A stretch of 64,000 nucleotides of DNA, taken from Sphagnum compactum (Eukaryota). Below, one piece after another: positions 1-12,230 of the stretch. The stretch is from the NCBI GenBank assembly GCA_965153455.1, contig OZ234493.1:35330213-35394212 (forward strand). The letters run 5' to 3'. A program made the position numbers and the translations under genes. The notes under the pieces were generated by a model, which had not been told where the DNA came from, searched no databases, and was given only the letters and a program-made list of their open reading frames with translations. Numbering within the stretch: the stretch's first letter is position 1; each line of letters begins with the position of its first letter.

Positions 1-995
<995 letters not shown>

Positions 996-2749
996 TTTTA
1001 TATTTTACCTTCTGTACCCTTAGTATTTACTCCACAATTTAGTTTGTGTTCTAAAATACAAATTTGTAGGAGGATAAGGGCGAATGTGACAGCAGTGAGC
1101 TTGAGTAGGAGATGTCAAGATCTTTTGTTTCTGCTAGAATGTCCAAAAGTTGAGAGCAAGCCCTACTTGTTTTAGGCAAGTTGGACAAGGAAGGTACATC
1201 AGATTGCATTGCAGCAGGGGCTCATTAGAAGGTGCAGAGAAAAGAATTGTTTCCGGATAACAGTGTTCCCACCTGTGTCAACTAAAGTCTTGTTATCATA
1301 TTGGATGCATAATTGTAGTTGACACAGGTAAGTGAAGCTGTTGAGTGTGGCAGGCCATCTTCAAATGTCTCCATTTTGAATTGCATTATTCATGCAAATT
1401 TTGAACTTAGTGTGCCATAAGTGCAAGTTCAACAAGTATGATATTGCCAAGTAATTTGATGATCAACTTCTCAACCATTCAGTCCAGTGTCTGATGCACT
1501 CTGATGTGTTGTTGTGTTAGGTGCATTTGAATTGCAACTGAGCACACATGCTGCTGTTGGACAGTAGTGTCCATAGCTTCATTGAATATGGTACACTCAC
1601 TATCCATGCTTTTGAGTAACTCTCCTGGAGGATTCAGGACCTTGGTTCTGGCCTAGTCATGTCTTGGTTGAGAAATGCAAACTCTTGCAGTCTGTCAGTG
1701 GCTTGAAGCAAACTAAAGTCCTTTGATGGAATTTGCCCCTAGGGTACATTCTGCCTCCTATTGAGTCATTGTGTGGAGGATGGTAAAGTAGGTGGATAGC
1801 TTGCAGATATGATTCCCAATTGGAAACTGGAAAGTGGGGCTACTAGCATTAGGGAGCATGTGACTCGGCACCCACTGAAACCCCTCAAGTCATGAGGCTC
1901 CACCTGGTAACCTATCCTGTAAACCCTCCTACTCCCCCCTCATACTACCTAAGTAACTATGAATGTAGGTGGGTAAGCAACGTAGGTAATTACTGAAGAA
2001 GTTTAAGTGATTACTATGTAGGTAGGTGAAGTAGGTAATGTGTATGGGTGGTGCACAGCTAACCACTATGGTTAGTTATGTGCATGGCAAATCCTCAGGC
2101 AGCGGGCTTTACTGGAATAAGGGCCTGTGTGAGGCAGAGTCAAGGCAGACCTGACTCTGATGAAGCCTGCTGCTGAGGGATTTACTTAGAGGGAAAATCT
2201 GGTCTGGTTTTTAAAAAAGAATTCCGGGATACCCACTGGGTATCATGGGGAAGAACATGAGGGGTGAGTGTTTTGAAGAGTGAAATGCCTGCTCCTGTGG
2301 ATGGGAGTGGCCCCATTTTTCTTTTTGAAAGGCCTGCCTGTTGGCATAGGTGAAATTGCACGACGGAATGCAACTTCCAAAGACACTAAAAAGAACCAGA
2401 CCATGTTCTTATGGGATAGGAATACAATGAAAAAGTGTTTTCTATCTGATTACCAAACACCTTGCTTGGTGTGCTGGTGGGTGCTGTTCACTCTGGTAGG
2501 GAAATTGACCTTTAGCTTCATATGTGTGGGGACACTAGGCCCAATCTTTGGGAAATATGGCTAAGACATTCTGGGATTGTTGTTCTGGTACAACACTTGT
2601 GCTTTCCTTTCCATGACTAGAATTTCAACGTTATATAGCTTAACATTTTGTCCATGTCATGTCCAAACCAGCGCAGTCTAGTTCTCTGTTTTTCAAATAA
2701 AGTTCCGAGGGGTAAGGGTTGGGTATATGGACCCTTGACTGGGTGGCTC

Positions 2750-3000
2750 TCAAAAAATGAAAGAACTGGTTGTGACTTGAAACTGCAGTTCTCAAAAAGA
2801 TCAAAGAACTGGTGAAAGAACCAGCCCTAAGCCTGGGTTCATTGCTGTTCTTTGAGGAAATCTGCCAGTTCTTTGAAAATTTACCCAAAAAAACTGCAAC
2901 TGGCAGTTATTTTGTTCTGAAATCGAAAGAAACCCAGAATCAGGGGTTCTTGAAGATTTTCAAAAACTTGGAACTAGAGCTTATAACAAAAGCAAAGAAC
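2750..3000. repeat. Dispersed repeat rich in AAAGAACC/GGTTCTT motifs; relatives at ~27110-27320 and ~54900-55180
   Basis: Shared recurrent motifs (aaagaactgg, ggttcttga, ttttcaaaa) at three loci. Boundaries are approximate. Confidence 0.5.
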
Positions 3001-4328
3001 CACCCAATGCCTGCCATTCCTTTGATCATGTGATTACTTTGGTGAGTTACTTACCGAGCTACCCCATTCATCAATTGCTAGTCATGGTTTTCAACATGAT
3101 TAGGTTGTCTGAAAATGAAAATCGTTTTTGTATCACTATCAACGTCATTATGATTATGACTTTTTTGCCTTCTCCTCTTGACCTGTGCCAAACCAAAGCA
3201 AAATCCTCCCCTCCACCTCCCCATTTTTTCTCCTTATGTGCCCATATGGTTCACATCAATTCATCGTTATTTGTGCTAGATCTCAAAATTGTGTCTTTTC
3301 ATGCCCATGTAAATTCAAGAAAAGGATGAAGTAAATAAAGGTTGAAGGAGGTAGATTATTAAATTATTTCTATTCTATAAGATTGACATTGTAAATTGTA
3401 ACTATTTTAAATTAATCACCTGATGGATTTGCATGTATTAAAATGAAATGTTATATTGTGCCAATATTGAAATATTGGCGAATTTAAATAAATGAACCCA
3501 AAATGAATGATTGATGTATTTAAGTTTAATAAGTAGCATCAGACAAAATGGGTTGTGTTTCATTTGCAGCTAAAGGGAAAACATGTGATTTGATTGTTTT
3601 AGAAAACTTGTGCCTATTTGTTTCTACAGAACCAGTAAACTATTTCTAGTGTATGTGGAGGGTACCTTACCCTGAGGAAATTGTCTACCTTAATAGAGAC
3701 AGTACCTTCCACTTAAAGTTCTTCACTTGTTATGAGTAAGGTTCCAAGTCAAATTAAGGAACCTATTGCAGAAGGTGCCTCCACTCCTCTCAAATCACTC
3801 ACATCCTTAAATTAGTTAAAGAAAACTTTGATGGGTTCTTTCCACCAAGTAAGGACCTTGAAGGGAGCTGTTCAAGGAATTCGGGTCCTAGTGAAGGCCC
3901 TTAACATGCCATATGATATCTCTAGAATTCAAACCCTAGGGAAATGAGCCCTTTTCCTTCTTTGGCAATGCTGTTTAGGTGCACTGCTTTCAACGTTCAT
4001 ATCTTTTGTTCGCCTTCAGAATTTCATTCCTTGCTTTCAAAATCCTTTTGTTTACACTATTTTGGGTTAGGGTTTAGATGTAAAGTGCTTCAGTACTGAT
4101 TCGTGCTCCTTGTCTTGCACTTCACGATTAGGATCAAAATTAATTTAGAGCATCAGCAGCAATGAAAATCCTTGTACAGTGATTGAGGATTCTCACCAAG
4201 TTTCTGGTTTCTTTGTTCAACAAATCCTTGGTTGGTGCTTTTGGAGTTAGGGTTACAGGTGTGTTGGCCATAGGCAAGGATATTCTTATTCGTCTTGTGT
4301 TCTTCAGGAGTGATGAGGTTTGGGTTAT

Positions 4329-4395
4329 GAGGGCCAGCAGCTGCCATGGCTATTGTGAACATGGCATTCAATAGCCATGGCAGCTGCTGGCCCTC
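4329..4395. repeat. Perfect 27-bp inverted repeat with a 13-nt loop
   Basis: GAGGGCCAGCAGCTGCCATGGCTATTG (4329-4355) is the exact reverse complement of CAATAGCCATGGCAGCTGCTGGCCCTC (4369-4395). Confidence 0.95.
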
Positions 4396-4580
4396 CCCCA
4401 ATAGCCATGATCACCCAAACTATGTTCTCAGTCTCCCTGTCCCCGGGCTAACCCAGGTGGTGAACTCAAGTTGACCTTTTTTCCCCCCTTTCCTCAGCTC
4501 AGGATGGTTTGTTTTGGAACCTTTTTTTTTCCCTCACCCCCCACGCCCGCCCAGGTCTCACCTACCTACCTGCACTCAGA

Positions 4581-4725
4581 CTACCTACCTATGCACCCTG
4601 GCTTGTTCCCTCCCCCACCTACCTATCTGCCCACCTATCCACCCATCTACCTACCTATGCACCCTGGCTTGTTCCCTCCCCCACCTACCTACCTGCCTAC
4701 CTATCCACCCATCTACCTACCTATC
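4581..4725. repeat. 66-bp tandem repeat, 2 copies plus a partial copy (CCTA-rich)
   Basis: Unit ctacctacctatgcaccctggcttgttccctcccccacc...acccat at 4581 and 4647. It also shows as a 22-aa duplication in the spurious ORFs there. Confidence 0.9.
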
Positions 4726-4731
4726 CATCCA

Positions 4732-5865
4732 TTTGAGCTCGAACCTTATCCATTCTGTCTGTTTGACTTTCACATCTTATTTTTTCATCATAATTATTTC
4801 AAGTAACTAACTACTAGGATAATTTATCGGTAGTAATAAATAAACATCTTTGAATTCCTACTTGACCAAATCAACTCAATGGTAGTAGTAACATTCTCAT
4901 GTACCATTTATTCTTTTAATATCCCCTAGTTAATTTTTAGTAGGTACTAATTAATTGTGTAGTACATAATAAATTAAAATAAAAATTTCTATCATAAGAA
5001 CCCCCATGTACTTCTACATCCATCGTCGAAATTAGGGCTTGACAAATCCATTAGAACTAGGATGTTTGGGTTTTCATGAAGTTTCGCTACCACTGCCACA
5101 CATTACACGTACCCTAATTTGTTAGATAAAATGCATCGACCCCTTTTGAATGCAAGTACCAAATTGTTTCGGCTACCCCTTTGATTTTTGTTGATGTAGG
5201 TGAAGATTTAGTCATGGCGGATGATGTTATTACGCCCTCGAATTTTCCAGTTGCGTTAGTAGAAGAGGAAGAGCTTAAAGAAACACCATTTGACGTGAAT
5301 GTCTTCCAACGGTCGCGCGACAAAGAACAGTTCCAAAGAGTGATGCGCATTCGAGTTGATTGTTCGGCTTGGGATCGTCGATTGTCTCCTAACCCACATG
5401 CTTTAGCGATCTACTTAGAATTTGTTCCCGCTCGTGGAGCTGTGCCAAAAAGGTTTGGAGAGTGTCAATGTGAAGATGACGATGTTCGTCTTTATTGTCG
5501 AACTTGGGTTCCTAGTGATGGCCATTATCGTTGACTACGAGGCCCAATCAACCCCCTTTCCATGGAACATCGAATCGAATACTTAACTCGCACCATTCGT
5601 CACATTCTAGATTTCCTGCAGTTGTGATTTATCCTCTTTAAGTCATTTACTAAATTATAATTCACTTGGCTACTTAGGCGAAAATGTTAAGATCTAAATT
5701 TGATTTCGATTCTATTTAGGGACTTGATATAAGTGAAGATTGAGTAAGGGTGTATTAAGATTACATCATAGAAATCTTACAAGCATATCATTAGTGCTTG
5801 AAGATTATTCTAAAAAACTAATTTAATATTATCATGGCGAAATGTCAGTGTTAACCATGGGCTTG
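4732..5865 (+). repeat. ~1.1-kb dispersed repeat, copy 1, containing a decayed orphan ORF (5062-5627)
   Basis: Collinear with ~45256-46402 over its length (e.g. aagtaactaacta..ggataatttatcggtagtaataaataa; ctacgaggcccaatcaacccc; catggcgaaatgt..tgggcttg). Confidence 0.88.
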
Positions 5866-7678
5866 AAAATTGTTCTATCTCTATTGGACCTTTCGTTGAC
5901 ACCTTTTCAACTATTTCAACATCCTTACTACTCAATAAATATTAAAATAAGACCAATGTTTTTCCGAGCACCACGAATTTTGGTGTCTACTTCCACCCCT
6001 AATCGTCTAAAGATCTCTCACCCTTAATTTCAGAAAAGAAAACAACCCCCCCACGCAACTATGCGCATTCATCATCCTTTATTCTAGTATGAAGTTGTCA
6101 AAAACCCCTAATAACCTTACCACACTTGAATATTCCTGATGCAACTCTTAAAAATTAAGACTATTGCACATGGTTGTGTTGGTATGACTCACACACTCCC
6201 ACTACTTTTCAAACAATAAAAAAAAAGTAATTTAAAATGAAAAGGTTGGCTCCTATTATCATGTTTGCACCTCATGATCAATGTCTTTGACATCTGAGTT
6301 GTTCTTCATTTGATGAAGAACATTCATATTGCCATTGTCAAATGATGTAGATTGATTTTGTGATTTCATACTTGTTGCCATCTTGTTCATAGTCATAAGG
6401 GTATCTTTCATTCCAGCTTTGTAGTAGCTTGGTAACTATTCTACATCAGCTTGGCTGCAGACATACAGCTTTTCTTGGAGCTATGTAGCTTGATAATTAT
6501 ACTATATCAGCTTGGACATTCAGCCTTTCTCAGTGCTTGCAGTTCAGAATTTGATAGAATGTGAGCACACACACATGTAGGTTTTAGTCAAAAATGGAAG
6601 AGGCCTTATAGAGCATTCTTTTATTGTTTCTAAACCCATTTCCAAAGTATGCTTGATCTTATTGCAGATTTGCACATGCAAACTTGATTTTGGCCATATG
6701 GATTCCACCCAGCAGTTCCAGTGCATTTGAACCCACCTATATGTCAACATGATGACAGCTCTTTGAACTTCAACAACCACAGAAGAAGACCAGGGAGATT
6801 GCAAAGATGATCTACCTTAGCTGCTACAGTAAAATCCAAAACATGACTCCAAGCAAGTTCTTCCTTGTGAAAAAAACAAGCATCACACAACTCTGGGCTG
6901 CTTTTCCAATTTGCACAGCTCATGTTGCCCAGACCTAGTAGACGTTTCACTAGTACTAAGTACTTCTACTCTTCATTTGAGCAGAGAGACCTGGCAACTT
7001 ATCTCTCAGGCAAGTCGCTTACAAGTCTTCCTGTTTTGGTTGAGAAAGGTAAGAAGCTTGATAGAAAAAACCCAAACCTCCAAGTCTTGATTAGTCTTCA
7101 TTTCACCCCTGAGAGTTCCAATGACATGAAGCTGAATAAAATCGCTTGCAACAATTGGGTTTACAGTTGGTTTCCCTTATCTTGGTTTGGAAACAAACCA
7201 AAACAGTCCTGCAATAAGACTTTTCTGCACTTGGGTGTGCTACAGATTTGCAAACACTAGAGAGAGATCCCTGACAGTTGGGAAGAATTTGCAACAAGTC
7301 CTGTTGAAACCTTACAATCATGACTTGTGCAAAGTTGAGCCAGCAGTCTTAATGCACTAAAGTATCTATCTAATATCCTCAGTTCAGGATTTCAGCACAA
7401 ATTAGGATCAATCAAGACTAAAAATGATTGAGAATTTGTAGAAGAAATCTGAGACGCCTCCAGGGGTGTTGGAACTTAGAGATGCTTCTGACTTGAGCAT
7501 ACAAGATTTCCTGGATCTAGAATGCAGAAATGACAAAGCACCGACTCCACGAGGAGCCAGCTTTGATGATGTTCTTATGTATGTACAAGCTGCAATCTGA
7601 TGTGGAGGACTAGTCTGATCTTGACTGTGAATTGCTCCTGGTGTAGCTGCAGATGATGGGTTTAGGGTAATATCAGTC

Positions 7679-8659
7679 CTACAAGCCCTGAGAAGATTGG
7701 GAAGTGCGTTGATCATTTGCAATTCTTGATGATTTTGAGACTTCTTCAGAGTGGAGGAATTGTAGGTCACACCGATCCCTGAATTTGGTAGTTGAGTTGC
7801 TTCTACGGAAGTTATGGATATTCATGCCTCGTGGAGCATTTGAGTCTAGTGATGATGCGGAGGAGTCTGGTCCTGGTGAACTGTTGCTCCTGCGGTAGTG
7901 GTAGTAGTATTGGTGCATGGCAGCAGCGTAGTCTGAATGATCGACGGGCTTGCTGTTGCTGGTGCTTCTCCGGCTGTCCAGGTGCAGGATGTCCGCTATG
8001 GACTCATGGCTAGTGTAGTAGTACTCGCGGGAACTGAAATCATCGAGATCATGATCCCTTGTCCTGCCCGGCGGGAAATGGTTGTGGGACACTACATGGA
8101 AAGTGGTCATGCCGGGGCTGCTGAATGCCGGGCATCTCCCCACACCATTCATCATGTTCACGTAAGCTTCTGGGATTTTGGCGAGGACTCTGAGTGGGTT
8201 CATAGAGCGCACCGTCCACCTGTGACGATGAGCTGCTGGTTTTCGTGATCGCCTGTTGTTGCTGTTGTTGTTGTTGCGGCCTGCTGCTGCAGCTGCTTTC
8301 TTGGGTGTCCTCTGTAGGCTTACAATTTTCACGGGCTTTCTTGTGCGCACATCCCTTGAAATGGGTCTAACTTTTGGTTTCGACCATTCGAGGAGCTTCT
8401 CACGGATGAAGACAAGTAATGCTATAACAGCTGCAACAATTGTAGCGTCGATCTTGTCAGACTGCTCGACCGTAGTAGTATCGTTGCTGTTACAGGTGGT
8501 CTTTTCTTCTTCGTCTTCTTCTTCTGTTGTTGTTGTTGTTGCTGTTGTAGGTGCGAAGCTGCTGATGATTGGATCATCATCATCGAGCCTGTTGCCACAA
8601 AATGGTGGGGGCGTGTATTCCTCCCACACCGGTGAAAGCAGCTGCATGGAAGTTCGCAT
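7679..8659 (-). CDS. Intronless plant protein of unknown function (~326 aa) with a hydrophobic segment and a basic region
   Basis: Long open frame from the first ATG (MRTSMQLL...), moderately GC-rich. It has an acidic T/E tract, a hydrophobic stretch (IVAAVIALLVFI) and K.V.L...RW...P...L.K...AYVNMM. From memory this last pattern resembles an uncharacterised land-plant family with 'RDAYV.MM'. An upstream (CT)n tract is typical of plant 5' UTRs. Confidence 0.7.
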   Translation of the reverse strand: MRTSMQLLSPVWEEYTPPPFCGNRLDDDDPIISSFAPTTATTTTTEEEDEEEKTTCNSNDTTTVEQSDKIDATIVAAVIALLVFIREKLLEWSKPKVRPISRDVRTRKPVKIVSLQRTPKKAAAAAGRNNNNSNNRRSRKPAAHRHRWTVRSMNPLRVLAKIPEAYVNMMNGVGRCPAFSSPGMTTFHVVSHNHFPPGRTRDHDLDDFSSREYYYTSHESIADILHLDSRRSTSNSKPVDHSDYAAAMHQYYYHYRRSNSSPGPDSSASSLDSNAPRGMNIHNFRRSNSTTKFRDRCDLQFLHSEEVSKSSRIANDQRTSQSSQGL

Positions 8660-9469
8660 GGAGCGAGGCGGTGCCACGGTCACGGTGATGATAATGACGA
8701 CGATGATGGTGAGACCCGAGGATGGTCTGAATTCCCCTCTCTGATCAGACTGTAAATGCTTTTGCAACACGAAAGTCTAGAGTCTAAAGTCTGATGTCGT
8801 CATGATGCAGCACAGTCTGGAGTCCTAAACCCTAATATACTGTCTAGTGGTAATCTTTGAGCTTGTTCTATCATAAGATCATATGTCGTACTGTAAGCTC
8901 GATCGATTTGTAACGCGTCGAGGATTTGCTCAGTCCCGATCTCGCGGTGGGCTCAATTCTTCTTCTTCTACAGGAAGTCTCATCAACGAACAGGCAACCA
9001 CCACCTGAGTTAAGTAAACTCACGAGGTACAAAGATTAAACATCATCATCAACAAAAGACATGAGTACTTGCAACAGTTAGTTATCCCGTTTCTCTCGAC
9101 ATGAAGCCCTTGCGAACTCATCCCATTCTCAGCTGCCTAAATCTGGACGGTGATGGACAAGACAGAGCCGACAAATGAGACTCAAAATTCGGGAGCAGCT
9201 GCAATCAAGCAGGCGACACCTATGGGGGGTCTTGAGATTAAAAAACTGGTAGTAGCACACATACATAATCCAGTAGTAGTGGAAAGAGTCGACCTCGTGC
9301 ACTCAAATGCGATCAGATCTGTTGTAACAGACAGATTTTAAATCTCAGAGAGAAGAACAATGTTCAAAGAAACAATGGAAGTTGGGGGAGATTATGAACT
9401 CAGGGGTGGGTCAATGCTGCCTGCAGACCTAACCCACAAAACTTATATGCCCAATCTCAAGTCATGAAG

Positions 9470-9472
<3 letters not shown>

Positions 9473-9510
<38 letters not shown>
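9473..9510. repeat. (GA)n microsatellite
   Basis: Direct reading; reads (CT)n on the minus strand upstream of the 7679-8659 ORF. Confidence 0.95.
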
Positions 9511-9512
<2 letters not shown>

Positions 9513-9869
9513 GGTTAATGAAGAAACATTTGTTGCTGGCAATAAGTGAATGCACACAAGAACAAAATTGTTGCAAAACGAAGGGGTAGTCAAATGAGCT
9601 TTCGTCCTAGTTTTTTAGGTCTGACCCAAAAGCCGAGTTAGCAATTGGCGGTGGTGTGTAGTGTTGTCCCAAGGGGAGTGCAAATTTTCGCAGTCAGCAA
9701 CGTAGAAAGAGGGATGCATGAGATGATGCTCTTGACCTTTTCCTCTACTTTGTCCGGGTCTTTTGCGTCAGCTCCAAATTCCAACAACCACCGCTGGCCA
9801 GGGTCAGCTTCTTCTTCCTCTCGTTGAGGCACCCTCCTGACTGAGGCTTTTGAGCAGGTTTGGAAGCAG

Positions 9870-11128
9870 TTTCGCCAGAAATCCAAATTAACAATTGAAA
9901 GTTTTCAATCGCCAGAAGTTAGGGTGCAAAACAAAAAAGCTTGAAATTAATCACCAGAATTCTATACTGGTTTTCAGTGTGTAGCCAAATTATTAAAGGA
10001 TGATGAAAGCTTTTTATTTCATGTTTTTTTCATAGCCAGATTTGGCTAAATCGTCCTATGATTATTATCACCACTTTTTCTACATATTCCTGTGGATGAT
10101 AGCCAATAATTTGGCTATAAAAAATTCTTTAAAAAAAACCACTGGGAACCAGCCTTTTATAACTGGCTAAATTTCGCCAAAAGGGAAATTAAACATAAAG
10201 CAATTTTGGAGGTTTTCAATCACCAGAAGTTAAAAATCGCCAGATTTCTATACTTGGTTTTCAGTGAGTAGCCGAGAAATTATAGAAGGAGGATTAAAGA
10301 TTTGTATTTCATATATTTCCAGATTTAGCTAAATCTTCCTAAGGAACGATCACCACTTTGTTCTACATACTCCTGTGGATGATAGCCAATTTGGCTATAA
10401 ACCAAAAATAAATAAAACTAAACACTAGCCAAAACTTGGAACTCGGGGTGGTGCAAATTGTTCGGATTCTGGACCTTGTTCGGTTTTGCAACACTTGCAA
10501 TCGACACGGCAAGCAGCTGAAGACTTCATCGTCAACGTCCAAGATTCGACGTTGACAAAGGCCGAGCACCCACGTGGAAGCCGGAATCGTGGTTTGTCGT
10601 TATCTTCACGTGGGAGGAATTGTTGTTTCTTCTTTTGGAGCCACGTCAGTCAGTGGCGACCATCCTCGTAGACTAACAGGCGATGGTAATTAGGAAGATT
10701 TAGCCAAATCTGGCTACAAACCAAATCTTAAGTCTAAATTTTTTTTAATCATCCTTCTATTTATTTGGCTACACACTGGAAACCCAAATATAGGGATCTG
10801 GCTTTTTTTTAAGAAAATTTCTCTCACTTCTGGCGGGCGATTGAAAACCTTAAAAAAACAGATTTTATGATTTTTAAATTTCGCCAGTAAAAAAATGGTC
10901 TATCCACTACCGCCTGACATTATTGCCGGTGGATCCAGACTCCAGTTTTTTTTTTAATTTGTTTTTAAAAAATTACAAAAAAATTCAGGTAGGTGGGTTG
11001 GCGATCCTGCGTTCAAGAGGACTTAGCCAAATCTGGCTACAGATAAAAGAGAGAGGAAAGTAGAAAAAATTAAAGATTCCTCCTATATTTTGGCGACATG
11101 TTGGAACTTGGAACCTAAATATGGCGAC
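9870..11128. repeat. Cluster of MITE-like dispersed repeat fragments (GCCAGATTTGGCTAAAT family) in both orientations; relatives at ~26160-26320 and ~29840-30180
   Basis: Recurrent tagccagatttggctaaat / ttagccaaatctggctac motifs. ~9950-10060 and ~10690-10790 are inverted relative to each other. Confidence 0.65.
10571..10648. promoter_or_regulatory. Cluster of ACGT-core bZIP-type sites (two G-box/ABRE CACGTG and one CCACGTCA)
   Basis: CACGTGG at 10571-10577, CACGTGG at 10607-10613 and CCACGTCA at 10641-10648, in a non-repetitive island between MITE fragments. Confidence 0.4.
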
Positions 11129-11370
11129 TTCAGAATCTTTTCCCTCGTAATGTGATGACTTGTGCCCATTTTTTTTCCAAAAAGAAAAGTCTTTTCAGAA
11201 TCTTTTCCCTCCTAATGTGATAACTTGTGCCCATTTTTTTTCCAAAAAGAAAAGTCTTTTCAGAATCTTTTCCCTCGTAATGTGATGACTTGTGCCCATT
11301 TTTTTCCAAAAAGAAAAGTCTTTTGTGATGGCTTGTGCCCATTTTTTTCCAGAAAGAAAAGTCTTTTGTA
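11129..11370. repeat. ~65-bp tandem repeat, ~3.5 copies
   Basis: Unit ttcagaatcttttccctcgtaatgtgatgacttgtgcccattttttttccaaaaagaaaagtctt at ~11129, ~11194 and ~11259, with a partial copy at ~11325. Confidence 0.92.
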
Positions 11371-12230
11371 TCATTTGCACCTCTGCTTGCATCTGCTTTG
11401 TTTTGGTTTCTTGTCACTCAAGTGCTTCTATTCATGAGTAAGATTGATATTGCACATTTGCTAAATCAAAACCCATGTGACCAAATGGGAAAACATTTGC
11501 AGCAGCCACGAGTGAGCTACTTCAGGACTGCAATTGTGATGAGCTCAAATGGTTCAGCAGCTCATCATCAGTCGTGGCTGATGTGCAGGCAGACTATGGA
11601 GCTTTGTATCTTTTGGACAGTTTTGTTGCCATGACAATCAAAATAGAATTGAGACACAGCAGCAGGACCAGCAGCTGACTGTGGGGAGTGACCAGAACCA
11701 CAAGCAAATGCCGACACACAAGTAGGCAAAACTGATCAGTTTTGTGACTTGACAAAGTTGCTGTTCCAGGAGGCTGCTCACTAGTATGATTTTCCAAGCG
11801 GCAGCTGCATCACCAAACATCATGGCAAACATCTTCTGCAAGCAGGGTTCCTACCTGCAGGTACAACTCTATCCCTCTCTCACCACTGATCATGAATCCA
11901 GATTATGCAAACTGGTTCATCATTCAGGAATCACAGTTTGCAGATCACTAACAAACATGGAGAAGAATGAAAGCACCAATAAAAAATTCCTGTTTCCGGC
12001 CGAGATGTACAAGCGTATAATGGTATAGCATACTTAATGAGACAATTATTACCTATAGAGTGAATCTTTTACACATTGGGGAATATGTCAAAAGGACAGG
12101 TCTGGACAAGGATAAGAAGGACCCGTTACAAATTACACTATTCACCTTCTTACACGATTGAAACCCATGTCAAAAAATGGTCAGGCCCATTGCCCCTACT
12201 TGTTTTTTTTGTTATTTTATGACTAAAAGC

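Noticed and set aside
4471..4810. Pro-rich ORFs resembling extensin-like proteins
   Set aside because: All three frames are open only because of the CCTA-rich 66-bp tandem repeat. There is no signal peptide or gene structure.
8256..8744. 162-aa plus-strand ORF
   Set aside because: Antisense shadow of the low-complexity minus-strand CDS; it has a non-ATG start.
11129..11370. Possible CRISPR-like repeat array
   Set aside because: The units are contiguous with no unique spacers, the context is eukaryotic and there are no cas genes.
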